In this document: positions 60,101 to 64,000 of the stretch, in pieces
Layout of the letters: every line of letters begins with the position of its first letter
Position numbering within the stretch: the first letter of the stretch is position 1
Origin: Phyllobates terribilis
Lineage: Eukaryota
Length of the DNA stretch: 64,000 nucleotides
Reading direction: 5' to 3'
Assembly (NCBI RefSeq): GCF_046119375.1
Contig: NW_027362768.1
Location: forward strand, 163,804,001 to 163,868,000
Program-made: the position numbers and the translations under genes
Notes under the pieces: generated by a model
Databases searched by the model: none
What the model saw: only the letters and a program-made list of their open reading frames with translations
What the model was told of the DNA's origin: nothing

Positions 60101-63100
60101 CGCTGACCCTACATGATGCTGGTCTCAGATAAGGTGACACAAATCTGGTGACAGATTCCCTTTAACATTGAATACATGTAGAATTAAAGTACAAATACTG
60201 TAGATAAATATTTCAAATTCAGTGTTTACAAATAAATAACTAACAACAAATTAAATCTAAAATAAAAAAGTAATAAACAGAAAAATGTATAAATGATCTG
60301 TTATAAATATGACACAAAATAATACAAAATGTAAAAAAATGCAAGCATTCAACGACAGAATAATAACACATACTGACACATGTAAATATCCATAATTATT
60401 GAAACGAACAGATGTAAAAATCAAAACCATCAATAAGAATCGAAGTAATTTACAAGTCGTGGAGCTCAGTAATGACTGTATCAACCCCTGATATCTCACC
60501 TGCAGATGTGGTGTTGACAGGAAACAACAACTGTAGTTCTTCCATCATTTCTCCATTCTTTTTTACCACCTCTAAAAATGTACTCTGCAGATTCTCACTA
60601 GATGGCGCCACTGAGCTATTTGGAAACACGGCTACATTTTCAGTCTTCACCGAGCCTTTTCTGGGGGAGAGAAACAACTGTTGTCACTGAGGACTCATTT
60701 CTACTTCTCTAAAATATTTGCCTCCCTAACATCACTTATTCACTGATAGTTAAAAAGCAGAACCCAAATTGGTGACCAGATGACCGAGACCAAGGAAATG
60801 GCCATTATTAACTTACGTGAATCCAGTTATTGCCACAGATTGACAGGAAGGATGAATTATTCTTATCACCGGGAATACCTGTATTTAAGATACAACAGAG
60901 GACATTAGTAATGTCAGGCCATAGAATACAGAATGTCAGCCATAAATCATAGATGTTATTTTGCCCCTGACATGGTGCAGAACCATTTAGCTTCGTGATA
61001 TAATAGTGCGACAATGATTGTAGACTCACCAGCGCTTCAATCCTTTTCTTTAGCTCGATATAATAAGGATCAGATGAATTTAAAAGTCTTTCATCAAACT
61101 CCATATTCAGAATTGTGAAGGAGAACTTTACATAACTTAGGGAGGGAGTCTCAGCAGATACAGGAGCAGCAGTTGTGATTCCTGTAGTTATGGGAGCAGC
61201 AGATGTTTTTAGAGTTCCTGTAGTTATCCAGGGAGCAATTGTCAGTGTTCCTGATGTGATAGGAGTAGCAATTGTTGGCAAGTTTCCTGTACTTGTAGGA
61301 TCAGGAGCTGTTGTTTTCAGTGTCGCTGTAGCCACCTGCTTAGCTGTAGTCGAGGTCCTTGTAGTTTCTGAAACAGCAGATGTTGTGAGTGTTCCTAAAG
61401 TTGTAGGAGAAGCAGTTGTCCACTTTTCTGTAGATACGGCTGCTGTAGCTGTTCTCAGTATTTCTGCAGGTTTGGGAGTAGCTGTTGCCTTTGTTAATGC
61501 AGTTACAGGAGCAGCAGCACTTTTCAGTGTCCCTGTAGTAGCAGCAGCAGTTGTCAGTATTTTTGCAGTTATGGGAGCTGTAGTTGTTGGCGTTCCATTT
61601 GTTGTGTTCACAGAAGTTGTCTTAAGTATTTCTGTAGTTAGAGCAGCAGTGTTCTGTGTGTCTATAGTCGTAGGAGAAGATGATGTCAGTGTTTCTCTAT
61701 GTATGGCAACAGCAACTGAGAGTTTTTCTGTATGTTTTGGAGCAGCAGATGTCAGCGTCTCTGTAAATATAGGAGCAGCAGTTGTCAGTGTTTCTATAGT
61801 TTTAGGAGCCACAGTTGTCAGTCTTTCTGTAATTCTTTGACCTGCAATTGATATCAGTGTTTTTGCAGTTGTAGAAGCAACAGTTGTCAGTGTTTCTTTA
61901 GCTATAGGATCAGTTGTTATCGGTGGTTCTGTAGTTATAGGAAAAATCGATGTTAGTGGTCCTGTACTTATGGGAGCAGCAGTTGTCAGTGTTTCTGTAT
62001 TTATAGCAGCAGCAGATGTCATTGTTTCTGTTGATATGGGAGAAGCAGGTGTCACATTTTCTTTACTATTGAGGGCAGCAGTTGTAACTCTTTCTTTAAT
62101 TATGGGAATAGCAGTTATCACAGTTTTTGTAGTTGTTGGTGCACTATTTGTCAGTGTTTCAGAAGTAATCAGTGCGGCAGTTGTCACTGCTTCTGTAGTT
62201 ATGGCATTAGCAGTTGTCACAGTTTCTGTATTTATTAGAGCAGGTGTTGTCATTGTTTCTGTAGTTATGGAAGCAGCAATTGTCAGTATTTCTGTCTTAA
62301 TGGGATTAACAGTTGTCACTGCTACTGTAGTTATGGGAACAGCAGCTGTCACTGTCTCTCTAGTTTTAGGAGCAGCATTTGTCAGTGTTTCTATATTTAT
62401 GGGAACAGCAGTTGTCACCTTATCTGTAGTTATGGGAACAGCAGTTGTCACTGCATTTGTAGTTATGGGAACAACAGTTGTCTCTCTCACTGTAGTTTTG
62501 GGAGCAGCAGCAAATATTGTTAATTTTTCTGCAGTTATGGTAACATCAGATATTGTCACTATTTCTGTTGTATTGGAAGCAGCAGTTATTGTTTTTTTAG
62601 TTACAGAAGCAGCAGTTGTCAACGATTCTGCAGTTATTGGAGTAACTGATGTCACTGTTTCTGTTGCAGTGGGAGCAGAAGTTGTCAGTGTTTCTTTAGT
62701 TTCGAGAGTAGTAGTTGTCACTGTATTTTTAGTATTGGGAGCAGCAATTGACACTGTTTTTGTAGTTATGGGAGAAATTTTCCCCTTTTTTTTAGTTATA
62801 GGAATAGCAGTTGTAACTGCTTCGGTAGTCTTAGTGCCTAGACTTGTTAGCCTAGTTTCTATACGTATGGGAACAGTAGTTGTCACTGTTTCTGTAGTTA
62901 TGGCAATATCTGTTTTCACTAGTTCTGTAGTTTTGATAGCTGCAGATGTTGTCACTGTTTCTGTAGTTGAGGGAGCAGTAGTGGTCAGTGTTTCTGTAGT
63001 ACCAGGAGCAGCAGTTGGCATTGCTTCTGTGTTTAGTGGAACAGCTGTTTTCATTACTTCTGTAGTTATGGCAGCAGCAGTTGTCAGTGTTTCTGTAGTA

Positions 63101-64000
63101 ATGGGATTAGTCAATGTCATTGTTTCTGTAGTTATTGGAAAATCAGTTTTTACTATTTCTGTAGTTATGGGAGCAGCAGTTTTCACTGTTTTTATAGTTA
63201 TGGGAGCAACATTTGTTACCTCTTTTTCTGCAGCATTTGTTACGTCTTTTTCTGTAGTTTTGGCACCAGCACTTGTCATTGTTTCTGTACTTATGGGAAC
63301 CGCAGTTTTCATTGTTTCTGTAGTTGTGAGAGCCGCAGTTGTTATCTCTTTTTCTGTAGTTATGGGAGCAGCAGTTGTCAGTGTTTCTGTAGTAATGAGA
63401 GCAGTAGTTGTCTCTCTATCTGCAGTTATGGAAATAGTAACAGATGTCAGTGTTTCTGAAATATCGGAAACAGCAGTTGTAATTTCTTCTGCAGTTACAG
63501 GAGCAGCAGTTGTCTCCGTTTCTGTTGTATGGAAAACGGCAGTTGTCAGTGTTTCTTTAGTTATGGGAGCAGCAGTTGTCACAGTTTTTAGAGTATTGGG
63601 AGCAGCAGTTGCCACTGGTTCTATAGTTATTGGAACAGCTGGTTTCTCTTGTTCAGTAGTTATGTCAGCAGCAGTTGTCAGTGTTTCTGTAGTTATGGGA
63701 ACAAGAGTTGTGACTGTTTTTTTAGTTATGGGAGCAGCACTTGTCAGAGTTTCTGTGATTATGAGAATAGGAGTTGTATCCGCTTCGGTAATTTTGGAAC
63801 CAGCGCTTACTGTCATTCTTTCTATTCTTATGGGAGCAGCAGTTGTCACTGTTTCTCTTGTATTGGGAGCAGCAGTTGTCAGTGTATCTTTAGTTACAGG
63901 AGCAGCAGTTGTAACTGGTTCTGTAGTTATTGGAGAAGCAGTGCTCACAGTTTCTGTGTTTATGGCAGCATCAGTTGTCTCTGCTTCTGGAGTTATTGGA
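57121..64000 (-). CDS. Transmembrane SEA-domain mucin with MUC1-like architecture, 5' end beyond the window; exons >64000-61030, 60878-60817, 60660-60500, 58395-58298 and tentatively 57180-57121 (stop)
   Basis: About 2.97 kb of stop-free Thr-rich 11-aa repeats ending in a SEA N-half (YVKFSFTILNMEFDERLLNSSDPYYIELKKRIEAL|gtgagt). Then a 62-nt exon (VFPVIRIIHPSCQSVAITGF-T), a 161-nt exon (KGSVKTENVAVF...VNTTSA-G) and a 98-nt TM exon (LAGIDGTIPVYGSVLIGLMVAAVVLIPAGICL). All are GT-AG with compatible phases 0/2/1/0. The tail exon is less certain. Confidence 0.85.
59736..60161. mobile_element. T2/Kolobok-type MITE with TTAA TSD, in a mucin intron
   Basis: TTAA-AGGGAATCTGTCACCAG ... CTGGTGACAGATTCCCT-TTAA. 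Confidence 0.85.
61140..64000 (-). repeat. Coding degenerate 33-bp tandem repeat (consensus peptide TTAAPITTETL), roughly 85-90 units in the window
   Basis: The plus strand shows recurring GGAGCAGCAGTTGTCAGTGTTTCTGTAGTTATG. Units are diverged but the frame is preserved. Confidence 0.95.

Noticed and set aside
60808-61029. C-terminal part of the 1046-aa ORF (VSLQSLSHYY...WIHVS)
   Set aside because: Intron read-through after the GTGAGT donor at 61029; the real 62-nt exon uses another frame. The listed start at 63948 is also not real, as the frame is open to the window edge.
61175-61840. 221-aa Val/Ala-rich plus-strand ORF
   Set aside because: Antisense shadow of the mucin repeat exon; all splice signals and the SEA/TM sequence are on the minus strand.

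Overview
Eukaryotic, repeat-rich vertebrate DNA, very probably a frog (inferred from the T2/Kolobok-type MITE, Tc1, DIRS, CR1, L1 and Penelope landscape; species not determinable). Three spliced genes were reconstructed by hand from GT-AG boundaries. ELOVL1 (+): 7 coding exons, 14700-19143, 292 aa. CDC20 (-): 10 coding exons, 46597-29379, 507 aa, convergent with ELOVL1, with an NF-Y/CHR G2/M promoter at about 48.9-49.1 kb and CPE motifs in the 3' UTR. Upstream of CDC20 on the same strand lies the 3' part of a transmembrane mucin (33-bp/11-aa Thr-rich repeats, SEA domain, TM) whose intron phases match mammalian MUC1; in mammals MPL occupies this position. The rest is nested transposons (DIRS in a MITE, Tc1 in a MITE, MITE in a CR1, an internally deleted L1 with TSDs) and minisatellites. 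Three Penelope-type minimal hammerhead ribozyme motifs are present, one sitting in sense orientation about 20 nt past the mucin's candidate distal polyA signal. Comparisons to human proteins are from memory, not from a database search.
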